Positions 55,851 to 64,000 of a stretch of 64,000 nucleotides of DNA are shown here, piece by piece. Position 1 is the first letter of the stretch; the number at the start of each line of letters is the position of its first letter. The notes below the pieces were generated by a model. That model worked only from the letters and a program-made list of their open reading frames with translations, was not told the DNA's origin and searched no databases. Both the position numbers and the translations under genes were made by a program. This DNA is from Candidatus Poseidoniaceae archaeon (GTDB lineage Archaea; Thermoplasmatota; Poseidoniia; Poseidoniales; Poseidoniaceae), in NCBI GenBank assembly GCA_949373235.1, contig CASICQ010000004.1, positions 63,934 to 127,933 on the forward strand, written 5' to 3'.

Positions 55851-57266
55851 ATGTTTGCAGGCACCGTCCAGTCGTTGAGCCACGAAGGTGGGCTCTTAGT
55901 GTCCTTTACCGGCTCCTCTCCAGCTTTAGAATCAATCATTGTCAACCTCGAAACTGGTGATTACATCGGTAAGGTTGACGCTGTGCTTGGCAGCACGAGT
56001 GCCCCTCTTGCACACGTTGCTCACTTGGACAGAAAACTCGACATCCCTGCCTTGGTCGGCATTGAAGTCAACATCCGAGCAAAAAAGGTTCGTGAAGAGC
56101 GAAAATTTGGCGAACGGGGCAACGATCGACAAGACAGAGGACGAAATGATCGTGGCGGCCGATTTGAACACAACGACCGCGGCGGACGCTTCGAGCGAAA
56201 TGACCGCGGTGGTCGCCCAGACCGAAACGACCGTTCCAACGGTGGCGATTGGGACTGCCCCAAATGCCGAAACAACAACTTCGCTTTCCGACACGAATGC
56301 AACCGATGTGGCGAGCCACGCGGCAACGGTGGCGGAGGACGTTCCAACGACCGTGGATTCCAAGGTCGCGAACAACGGGCACCTCGATTTGAGCGAAACG
56401 ATCGTCAAAACAACCGCATGGATGGCGATTGGGATTGCCCAAAATGCCACAATGATAACTTCGCTTGGCGAACCGAATGCAATAAGTGCGGCGCACCAAA
56501 GGCAGGCGGCGGTCAAGGACGGCCACCCCGCAGAGACGACCGAAGGTCGTTCAACGACCGTGACAATCGAGGTGGCGACCGACGAGGTGGCGACCGACGA
56601 GGTGGCGACCGACGAGGTGGAGAAACATTCAACGACAACGATTGGGATTGCCCTCAATGCAACAACTCCAATTTCGCATTCAGACAAGAATGCAACCGAT
56701 GTGGAGTTCCACGAAGCGGTGGCCAAAGTCGGCCACCACGACGCGATGACCGACGAGGTGGCGATTCACGAGGTGGAAGCAGTTACGGTGGCGGAGGCCA
56801 ACGAGGCGGCGACCGACGAGGTGGCGATTCACGAGGCGGAAGCAGTTACGGTGGCGGAGGCCAACGAGGCGGCGACCGACGAGGTGGCGATTCACGAGGC
56901 GGAAGCAGTTACGGTGGTGGCGGCCAACGAGGCGGCGACCGACGAGGTGGCGATTCACGAGGCGGAAGCAGTTACGGTGGCGGAGGCCAACGAGGCGGCG
57001 ACCGACGAGGCGGCGATTCACGAGGCGGAAGCAGTTACGGTGGCGGAGGCCAGCGAGGTGGCGACCGCAGCGGTTCCGATGACCGCCGTGGTGGAGACCG
57101 ACAAGTTCGCAGTAACTTCGGTGGCGACCGAGGCGGGAACGATGGACGTCGTCCACCAAGAGAGCCACGAGAACCACGAGAATTTCGCAAAGCCCGAGGC
57201 AAGAGTTCGGGCCATGCCCACAACCGCCCACCACGCGACTTGATGGGACGAGATCGAGAAGATTGA
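55851..57266 (+). CDS. Gar1-like domain fused to three RanBP2-type zinc fingers and RGG/SYG low-complexity regions
   Basis: N-terminal AGTVQSLSHEGGLLVS...P...IVN...YIGKVDAVLG...PLAHV...LVGIEV follows the archaeal Gar1 pattern; three DWxCPxCxNxNFAxRxECNxC fingers; about 24 RGG. Repeat-unit differences are all silent in this frame. Confidence 0.8.
   Translation: MFAGTVQSLSHEGGLLVSFTGSSPALESIIVNLETGDYIGKVDAVLGSTSAPLAHVAHLDRKLDIPALVGIEVNIRAKKVREERKFGERGNDRQDRGRNDRGGRFEHNDRGGRFERNDRGGRPDRNDRSNGGDWDCPKCRNNNFAFRHECNRCGEPRGNGGGGRSNDRGFQGREQRAPRFERNDRQNNRMDGDWDCPKCHNDNFAWRTECNKCGAPKAGGGQGRPPRRDDRRSFNDRDNRGGDRRGGDRRGGDRRGGETFNDNDWDCPQCNNSNFAFRQECNRCGVPRSGGQSRPPRRDDRRGGDSRGGSSYGGGGQRGGDRRGGDSRGGSSYGGGGQRGGDRRGGDSRGGSSYGGGGQRGGDRRGGDSRGGSSYGGGGQRGGDRRGGDSRGGSSYGGGGQRGGDRSGSDDRRGGDRQVRSNFGGDRGGNDGRRPPREPREPREFRKARGKSSGHAHNRPPRDLMGRDRED
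56571..56615 (+). repeat. 15-bp tandem repeat x3 (GGDRR)
   Basis: GGTGGCGACCGACGA exact at 56571, 56586, 56601. Confidence 0.95.
56748..57062 (+). repeat. 63-bp tandem repeat x5 (DRRGGDSRGGSSYGGGGQRGG)
   Basis: Units start at 56748, 56811, 56874, 56937, 57000; only third-position differences. Confidence 0.97.
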
Positions 57267-57294
57267 TCGAGAAGTCAACGAAAGGTGTGTCGAT

Positions 57295-58329
57295 ATGGGC
57301 GCTGAAGAACACTACCTTGACGCTGTTGAAGCCTATGATGAAGGTGACTTGGAAGCAGCATACGCTTCGGCAAAACTTGCTGTCAAAGAAGACCCACAGC
57401 ATGTAGATGCATTGCAATTATGCGCAGAGGCAGCACTCCCTCCGAAGGGAGAAAGTCCGACCCTCAAGCAAGCCGCACAGTCCCTTTCCGCTGTCAAGAA
57501 GATCATCGCAATCGAACCAGAAAGAACCGCAATGTGGTTTCTTGGCGGCCGATTGCTAAGCGATGAACTGGGCTTGCTGGATGATGCCCTCGACTGGTGG
57601 CAACAACTTCGCCACCACATGCCCGATGAAGTTACACCGCTGGTTGAGCAAGCAACCTTGCTTGCAGACATGGGGTTGTACACTGAAGCTCGCTACAGAC
57701 TCGAAGCAATCACTGAAGAGAACATGGACGTCAGCGGCCAGCAATACGCTAAGATTCAACAATTACATTCGATGGTTATGTCCGCTTCAATGCAAGACCA
57801 AGCGGAATTTTTCAAACCATGGGAACGGCACCACAATGGATGGGGTGCCATCGAAATGAAGATGCGAAAACCTCCAGTCTCGGAGAGTTTCCTGTTCATG
57901 ACAACGACCGTTCCTGTTCTTTTGCTTGAGGTCGTTTTTTCCAACAGGTTTGTCGAGCAAGGGTGGGGCGGTTTTTGCCTCACCACCTTGCTGATTTTCG
58001 GTACGGTACTGTTTGGTATGCGGTTCAGCCGTAAGATCTTCAGAAGGGTGAATCGACCTGCATTCAACCTCTTGCGCGCAATGAATTTCGAAGCCTCGTC
58101 TGGCTATGTTGTGGTTTCTGAAGAAATACGAACTTCGGTGCTCTATGTCTACATCATGCAGCGAAAACCCAAAGCATGGCAGGAACGTATGCTCAAGATC
58201 ATCCAAGATAAAACCAAATTGCCTGGTGGATGGAAACAGACGCTTCCGGATTTCGACTCCCACATTGAGGAGATTGGCCATATTGAAGACGCCGATGATG
58301 AGCAATTCGAGCCCTTTGAAGAAGAGTGA
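57295..58329 (+). CDS. TPR-repeat protein with two C-terminal TMs
   Basis: AVEAYDEGDLEAA...DPQH, IIAIEPE...MWFLGG...GLLDDAL, MPDEVTPLVEQA.LLADMGLYTEA. Confidence 0.75.
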   Translation: MGAEEHYLDAVEAYDEGDLEAAYASAKLAVKEDPQHVDALQLCAEAALPPKGESPTLKQAAQSLSAVKKIIAIEPERTAMWFLGGRLLSDELGLLDDALDWWQQLRHHMPDEVTPLVEQATLLADMGLYTEARYRLEAITEENMDVSGQQYAKIQQLHSMVMSASMQDQAEFFKPWERHHNGWGAIEMKMRKPPVSESFLFMTTTVPVLLLEVVFSNRFVEQGWGGFCLTTLLIFGTVLFGMRFSRKIFRRVNRPAFNLLRAMNFEASSGYVVVSEEIRTSVLYVYIMQRKPKAWQERMLKIIQDKTKLPGGWKQTLPDFDSHIEEIGHIEDADDEQFEPFEEE

Positions 58330-58361
58330 TTTCTTCTCCGTTGGACGGTAACACACCAACC

Positions 58362-58557
58362 TCAAGCCTCTGCAAGCGATGACGTCCAGACAAAGAGCAC
58401 ACCTGCCAGAACGATGAGCAAAATCACTGCAATGAACAATCCAATGGCCACCCTGGCGCAAATCTTAGCGGCTTTAGCAACCAGCGCCGGGATGATTTGG
58501 AACTTGATTGGTGAGGGTCAAGGCCGCTTCACCAAATTCCTTCCAAAACCGGTCTGC
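58362..58557 (-). pseudogene. Frameshifted, 5'-truncated remnant of a DUF4190-like membrane protein
   Basis: One frame gives ALTLTNQVPNHPGAG then stops; an adjacent frame continues AKAAKICARVAIGLFIAVILLIVLAGVLFVWTSSLAEA*. Together they resemble the C-terminus of 43500..43922. No ATG precedes it. Confidence 0.4.
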
Positions 58558-58635
58558 TTAGATGGTGACAAGAACCTTCCTGCGTAGCTTACGCTCAACC
58601 ATTGATCGCCCAAAGGGCGCGCTTGGTCCCTTCCA

Positions 58636-61600
58636 TCATTGCTGCGTTTGAGCGTATTGAGCGGCGTATTGTTGTGCATACGTCGCTGCGGTTGCTTCAT
58701 CGTAGCCTTGGGCAACAAACTGCTGGTAATACTGCTGGTACACTGCATCGTCAGCCACAGGAGCGGCCGCCGCTGCTGCTGGAGCTGCTGCTCCAGCCGC
58801 TTGGGCAGCGTACTGCTGTGCGTAAGTTCGAGCCGTCTCTTCAGGGTAGCCTTGAGCGATGAGTTGCTGAACGTATTGTTCAGTCGCATCGAGTTGAGCG
58901 GATCCGTATCCTGCAGAACTTGCTGCAAAGTCCTTGATTGTGTCATCGCCACCGGCGCCGCCCTTTCGAAGGAAGACGAGGGTGAGAAGAATGATGATGA
59001 TCAAGGCGCCTGCTGCAATACCGATTGTCATGGTATCAACGCCGCTTTGAGTGCCGTCTGAGTCACCAGATTGTGCAGGGGCTTTCCACTCACCGTTTTC
59101 GTAGGTCCAAGCCCCACTCCATTGGCATTCACCATCTGCGTCAAACACGAACTCTCCGCCTGCTGTAAGTGCGCCTGCATCTGCTTCCAAGCCTTGACAG
59201 GCTGGAAGTTGAATTTCGATCCACTTGATTGTGACCCATCGTTCGTCATCGCCTTCGTAAATCTTGATGAAGATTCGTTGGCTTTGTGACTTGTTGGTGT
59301 ACATGTCTTCTAGGGAAAGGGTGAGGTCAAAAGTTTCAGCATCACCTGTCTTGTTTGACCGGTCCCAGGCTCCAATGAGTCCGAGGTTGTACTTGTCCAC
59401 TGCACTTGCATCGAAATCAGATTCGACGAAGGCTGCTTCGACGTAAACGTCGCCGTTTTCTGCACCCGAGAGGACTGTACCAGAGATGGTCACTGTGTCT
59501 GAGGCAACACGGGAAGCGTTGAGGGAAGCGTCCAATTGAACAACCGGTTCTTCATCGCCAAAGCCGTCAGGAACAACGACAAAGTACATTCGATACTTTT
59601 CCGAGAACTTGCCTGCTTTGTCATAAACAATTAATTCGATACGGATTTGATTCTCCGTTGTACCGCTTGGGTCCACTGTCACGTTGCGGAAGGTGTAAGC
59701 CCATGCGCCGTCGCTTGCTGCCGTTTGCTCGAAGGTGTGACCGTCGAGGCTGAACGAGTCGTCGCCGTACGGTGCATCGAAGAGAACCTTCCATTCATAG
59801 GTTTCAATTCCGCTGCCTTCCAGTGCGTCAAGGTCGGTTGAGTTGCTTGCATCAAAGTGCACTGTAACTTCACCATCTTCATCGAGAATAATTCGGTTGA
59901 CAGACCATTCCGTGTTTGAGACGGTCTTCGTTCCAACGAATTCGACAAGATCGGTGTATTCTTCACGCATGTCAATCATTGCTTCAGCAGTTGGTCGATA
60001 TTCGTCAGCGTAAACGTCGTTGGTTTCGACGGTCACCTCAATCACTCGAGCGTGCCCTGCAGCGTCGTGGAGCATCAGAGTGATGGTCCACTGCTCACCT
60101 TGAGCGCAGCCCGTAGCGGAAGAGAGGTCAGCCTTACAGAAGTTCATCACAGGCATAGCATCGGTGTTGACTGCGGTCATTCCAGTGGCCATGGTCGATC
60201 CGTCCCACGAGGTTGGGCCAGAAACAATCCAGTCGGTGCTGAGGGTTTCTGTTGTCGTGGTCGTGTAGGAGAACGTCAAATCAGCGTCGCTCTTCATGTA
60301 ACGAAGTTCGTAGCCACCGGTGCTTGGGTTGATGCCAGGCACTTGGTCGTTGATTTTCAAATCAAGACCGTTTCCAAGCGTTCCGAAGCCTTCAGGGTAC
60401 GGAGTCACTTGGTAGGCAAGCATGTTTCCGAGAAGCGGGAGTGTGGTGCTGTCAGCTCGCTCTGAGTGGGTTGAAACGTCCATGGTGGAAACTATGAGTC
60501 CACCGGAGTAGTAACTGCACACGCCGAGGATGGTGTCTTGATTGTCTGCTCCGTCGCGGATTAACCGCTGGAAGTAACCACCGTCTTCCATGTAACCGTT
60601 GCAGGTCACTGGAACGTTGTTGGCGCTGACCGATTTTGTGTTCAGCACCGCTTGAGCAACGGTTGAATCTGCATCAAAGCCTTGGAAGGCGTTGATGTCA
60701 ACGTTGTCCATCAATGGGTGGTATGGGTCGGCAAAGTCAGTTCCTGCAAAGTCAATTTGAGACTCTGGTGTGTTGCGGCTTTGCACGTCCAATCCGAATG
60801 GCAAACGTCCAGCGAGGCCTTGGTCGACACCGTAAATCTGGCTTCCTTGAGGACCAAGGTGGGCCTGCACTGTACCACCGGAGGACATGAAGCCTTCCAA
60901 GGTGGTCTTGTGTGCGGTGGAGCCCAACTTCTGGTAGTAGCCACGGCCACCGTTTTCGATGTCCTTTGCTGCGATGTCATCTTGCCAAGGCAGGACGATC
61001 TTGTCGTAGTGTGTGAACCATCCAGCGTCGAGGTATGTGTCCCAGTTGTTGATGGTGTACTGGGTGTAACTCATGCCAAGGATGTTCAGATCTTCCTTGA
61101 TGGCGTTGGTTCGAACCGAGGTGTCGGAAAGGATTGCAACATCCACGTGGTCAGCAAAGGTTGCGTGGAAGTATCGCACGTTACCTGAAGGGTTACCGTT
61201 TGCAAGTTCAGCATCGAAGCTGATGTTGTAGGTGTGGCCGTCCATCCAGCCGTTCCAGGGCGTGAAGGTAAGATCGATCTTTTGTTGGGAGTCAAGCGAC
61301 TGTGATGGCCCTGCGGTTGTGGTGTGAGCCATGCTTTGGGTCGTTTCATCATAGATGTTCATGTTGAACACATAATCACCAGCAAGCACACCGTTGGTGG
61401 CTTGTAGGCCCCAGTCGTGGGTGTAAGAACTGTCAATTGGCATTACACATTCCAAAATCTGGTCGTTCAAGCAGGTAAGTGTGTTTGGCTTTCCAAGCGT
61501 GATGTCAACGGATTCAACATTGAAGATCACTCGCTCGATGTTGTTGGATGTGGATATTTCTTGGTCGTTAAACCAAGGCTTACCAGCAGTGGTGTTGTCG

Positions 61601-63999
61601 AAGATTGTTTCCACTTCAATCATGTACACTCCAGAGAAGAACTCGTGGCTTGCGACAATCTCAGTTGCGGATTGTTCTGCGTCAACGTTGGTTCGGGAGA
61701 TGGTGTATGCGTTGTCTTCGATGAAGGTGAACTCTTGCAGCGAGATGTTGTTGAAAGCAACACCCTTGAATCCGTCATTGATACCGTTTCGTCCATCATC
61801 ATCGGACTGGAATTCGAAGTTAATGTCCACGACGGAGCCGGAGAGTGACATGCACTCATAGCCCCAGTTGATTGAACTGGCGTCCGAAGTGTTGAGCACG
61901 TACAAGTGAGTCAAGTCAATCGATGTTGTAGCAACAAGATCGTTGGTGTTGAAGAAGACGTTGTAGTTTCCACCTGTTCCGTCAGTGCTGGAGTCATCAC
62001 CAATGTAGGCGATTTCTGCGTTGTCAATCGGTTCGGAAGCGTTGACAATGTTGTCCCCGTTCTCATCAATTTGGCAGGTACCGTCTTCGTTGTAGTCGTT
62101 CCATTGACCGACCAAAACGCCAGAGTAGGTTGCGCCATCCCGAAGGATGTCGAGGGTCATTGCAGCGTAATCATTGACATCGACGATTGAAGTGCCATCT
62201 GAGTCGATTCCATAGAAGGTATCTGCATAGTACTCAAAGTTCAAGGAGACGAAGTCGCCGCTCATCGAGGTCAAGTCAATGTCTGGGATGGTCAGCGTTT
62301 CGTTGGCCCATGCGTCACCATAGCCGTTGGCGCCGGTATCACACGGATGGCCGAACCAGTAGGCGTTGTTGTTGAAAATTAGATCTTGGCAGGTTGCTTC
62401 GTTGTAGATTACACCCTTGGGATTTGCGCTTTCTTCGTATCGGTAACCATTGGCACCGCCTTCAAAGTCTTCAGCACACAATGCGGTTGGTGTACCACAA
62501 TAGACATCGGATGGTGTAGCGGAGAACACGGTTGCCTTCACATCGAAGTCCACTTCGGTGTTTCCGTAGTTGTTGGTTGCCACTTCAATGTCAAAGACAC
62601 CTTCAGCGTACAATCCACCGGGATTGAAGTATTCAATGCCCTCGACCATTGGGTCGTAGAGGTTGAAAGGTGTGATGTATCCAACGAGTTCATCGTTCTG
62701 GGCTTGCTCATCCCAACTGTTCGCAGAAAGGCTTGCAGAGATGCGATAAATTGTATCATTGAGCAAATCTGCGGTGATTGAAGCGGTGTATTCTTGACCT
62801 GGGCCAAGGTTGTTGAGGTTGATGTTGGTTTGTTGAACTTGCGGGTTGGCCAAGAAAGCAGTGTTCTGCTTGGTAATGGTCAAATTATCCACTGCGAATC
62901 CGTCTCGACCGGTCCAACGGCTTTCATTGTCATCGGAAATCGATCCGGTGAATCCTGTGCGGAATCTGAAACGAACATCGACGGTTTCCCCAGCCCATGG
63001 ACTGAGATCGAACGAACCGACGCCTTCTTCGGTGAAGTTGTTCCAGCCGTAGTAGGTGCCAGCGGAGTAGATACCGTAGTAGTAGACGCCTTCAGCAACG
63101 CCACCAAGGGCTTGCTTGTATTGACGGTCAAGGTCGAATCCGCCCCAAATTGAGTCACCTGAAGCGCATGCTCCGGAGATGTAGGCTTCTTGTGGGCAGG
63201 AGAGAATGTCCCATCCAGATTCTTCGCTGCCGATTTCAATCATGGCCACGTCATCCCAGACATCGCCTGCGAGGTAGTTTCCAGTTTGGTCAAGGCTACC
63301 GAGCACACCGTGACCGAGGTGCTGGAACAGTTCGACGCTCATGAATGCGCGGTCTGAGCCGGTCAAATCGACGTCTTCGAGGACCATAGCATCGTCCCAG
63401 TTCTTGTCGTATCCAGACCATAGGTCGCCGGAAGAGTTCGTCTTGTAGTGCCCAGCCCACATGAAGTCAGTTGGGTTCTGGTAGTTGGCAGAAACGTTTG
63501 GATCGTTGTTTCCATCGCTTGCCCCTTGGGAACTGTTGGTTTCTTCATGCCACTTGGTTGCTTGATCGATGTACTCTTCGAATGCCCAGTTGCAGCCTGT
63601 GCCACAGCCCGTCTTGACTTCTGGATTGTCCCAATCCATTTGGTACACGCTGCTGTTGGTTGAACTTGCTTCATCAACAACCTTCAATTCAAGATCGAGG
63701 GTGGCTGATTGTCCGTTGAGGACGTCCATACCAGTGTTGGTAACCGTGACGTTGATGTCACGAGTTCCTTCTCCAACGATGCCGAAGAATCTGTCAGTTG
63801 GACTGATTTCTAACGAGGTTACAGCGAGATCCTTGCTGTCCATTTCCACCACGGTGATGGTGTCGTATTGACCTTCCCAACCAAAGTTGTCGACCCAGCT
63901 TCCAAAGTCGTAACTGGTGTGGCCAACAACAATGTCGAGGGCGGAATTTGAAGGTCCTGCAAGTTGACCAACTTCGACCATGCTCGGTCGGCGCCCAGC
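58636..63999 (-). CDS. Giant acidic cell-surface protein (Ig/CARDB-like, jelly-roll and PKD-like modules, C-terminal TM), 5'-partial
   Basis: 1781 aa from ATG 63981; the frame stays open to the window edge and no signal peptide is seen. DLAVTSLEISP..VTVTNTG, FDASNSTD..YEW, DENGDNIVNASE loop, TM then a Q/Y/A-rich tail. Confidence 0.85.
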   Translation of the reverse strand, partial: AGRRPSMVEVGQLAGPSNSALDIVVGHTSYDFGSWVDNFGWEGQYDTITVVEMDSKDLAVTSLEISPTDRFFGIVGEGTRDINVTVTNTGMDVLNGQSATLDLELKVVDEASSTNSSVYQMDWDNPEVKTGCGTGCNWAFEEYIDQATKWHEETNSSQGASDGNNDPNVSANYQNPTDFMWAGHYKTNSSGDLWSGYDKNWDDAMVLEDVDLTGSDRAFMSVELFQHLGHGVLGSLDQTGNYLAGDVWDDVAMIEIGSEESGWDILSCPQEAYISGACASGDSIWGGFDLDRQYKQALGGVAEGVYYYGIYSAGTYYGWNNFTEEGVGSFDLSPWAGETVDVRFRFRTGFTGSISDDNESRWTGRDGFAVDNLTITKQNTAFLANPQVQQTNINLNNLGPGQEYTASITADLLNDTIYRISASLSANSWDEQAQNDELVGYITPFNLYDPMVEGIEYFNPGGLYAEGVFDIEVATNNYGNTEVDFDVKATVFSATPSDVYCGTPTALCAEDFEGGANGYRYEESANPKGVIYNEATCQDLIFNNNAYWFGHPCDTGANGYGDAWANETLTIPDIDLTSMSGDFVSLNFEYYADTFYGIDSDGTSIVDVNDYAAMTLDILRDGATYSGVLVGQWNDYNEDGTCQIDENGDNIVNASEPIDNAEIAYIGDDSSTDGTGGNYNVFFNTNDLVATTSIDLTHLYVLNTSDASSINWGYECMSLSGSVVDINFEFQSDDDGRNGINDGFKGVAFNNISLQEFTFIEDNAYTISRTNVDAEQSATEIVASHEFFSGVYMIEVETIFDNTTAGKPWFNDQEISTSNNIERVIFNVESVDITLGKPNTLTCLNDQILECVMPIDSSYTHDWGLQATNGVLAGDYVFNMNIYDETTQSMAHTTTAGPSQSLDSQQKIDLTFTPWNGWMDGHTYNISFDAELANGNPSGNVRYFHATFADHVDVAILSDTSVRTNAIKEDLNILGMSYTQYTINNWDTYLDAGWFTHYDKIVLPWQDDIAAKDIENGGRGYYQKLGSTAHKTTLEGFMSSGGTVQAHLGPQGSQIYGVDQGLAGRLPFGLDVQSRNTPESQIDFAGTDFADPYHPLMDNVDINAFQGFDADSTVAQAVLNTKSVSANNVPVTCNGYMEDGGYFQRLIRDGADNQDTILGVCSYYSGGLIVSTMDVSTHSERADSTTLPLLGNMLAYQVTPYPEGFGTLGNGLDLKINDQVPGINPSTGGYELRYMKSDADLTFSYTTTTTETLSTDWIVSGPTSWDGSTMATGMTAVNTDAMPVMNFCKADLSSATGCAQGEQWTITLMLHDAAGHARVIEVTVETNDVYADEYRPTAEAMIDMREEYTDLVEFVGTKTVSNTEWSVNRIILDEDGEVTVHFDASNSTDLDALEGSGIETYEWKVLFDAPYGDDSFSLDGHTFEQTAASDGAWAYTFRNVTVDPSGTTENQIRIELIVYDKAGKFSEKYRMYFVVVPDGFGDEEPVVQLDASLNASRVASDTVTISGTVLSGAENGDVYVEAAFVESDFDASAVDKYNLGLIGAWDRSNKTGDAETFDLTLSLEDMYTNKSQSQRIFIKIYEGDDERWVTIKWIEIQLPACQGLEADAGALTAGGEFVFDADGECQWSGAWTYENGEWKAPAQSGDSDGTQSGVDTMTIGIAAGALIIIILLTLVFLRKGGAGGDDTIKDFAASSAGYGSAQLDATEQYVQQLIAQGYPEETARTYAQQYAAQAAGAAAPAAAAAAPVADDAVYQQYYQQFVAQGYDEATAATYAQQYAAQYAQTQQ

Positions 64000-64000
64000 C

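Noticed and set aside
56748-57062. Possible CRISPR array
   Set aside because: Head-to-tail repeats with no unique spacers, in frame within a CDS, and no cas genes in the window.
55939-57243. 434-aa overlapping same-strand ORF (TDEVAIHEAEAVTVAEANEAA repeats)
   Set aside because: Shadow frame of the RGG gene; repeat-unit substitutions are silent in the RGG frame but non-synonymous here, and the zinc-finger motifs exist only in the other frame.
55932-57417. Antisense ORFs 55932..56726 and 56680..57417
   Set aside because: Stop-free by-products of the G-rich repeats; no independent motifs.
58518-58952. 144-aa Q/L-rich minus-strand ORF
   Set aside because: Alternate frame over the tail of the giant surface protein.
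1-64000. tRNA, rRNA, H/ACA guide RNAs, IS elements, integrases
   Set aside because: None recognisable by eye in the short intergenic gaps; a tRNAscan-SE/Infernal/ISEScan run is needed to exclude them formally.

Overview
64 kb of gene-dense archaeal chromosome (about 50 CDS). By eye I found no rRNA, tRNA, CRISPR array or mobile element. Gene content suggests Marine Group II / Poseidoniales (inference, not searched): archaeal AroA'/AroB', GHMP-type shikimate kinase, RibL/RibB, an HTH-10 regulator and PGF-CTERM-like anchors sit beside bacterial-type GpsA, an acyltransferase and Orn, S8 proteases and a giant surface protein. Main blocks: TetR + ABC exporter; an aromatic amino acid operon that includes aspartate kinase; a MoxR/DUF58/DUF4350 cluster; an hcrCAB-like (4-hydroxybenzoyl-CoA reductase-type) molybdoenzyme with XdhC, MocA-like and MoeB genes nearby; a riboflavin cluster; an ABC-2 exporter; a giant adhesin-like protein. 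Most striking is 55851..57266: an apparent archaeal Gar1 (H/ACA RNP) domain fused to three RNA-binding-type RanBP2 zinc fingers and a long RGG/SYG low-complexity tail, an architecture resembling eukaryotic FUS/EWS/TAF15. All family assignments come from motif recognition by eye; no database searches were run. Several start codons were refined from the ORF track.
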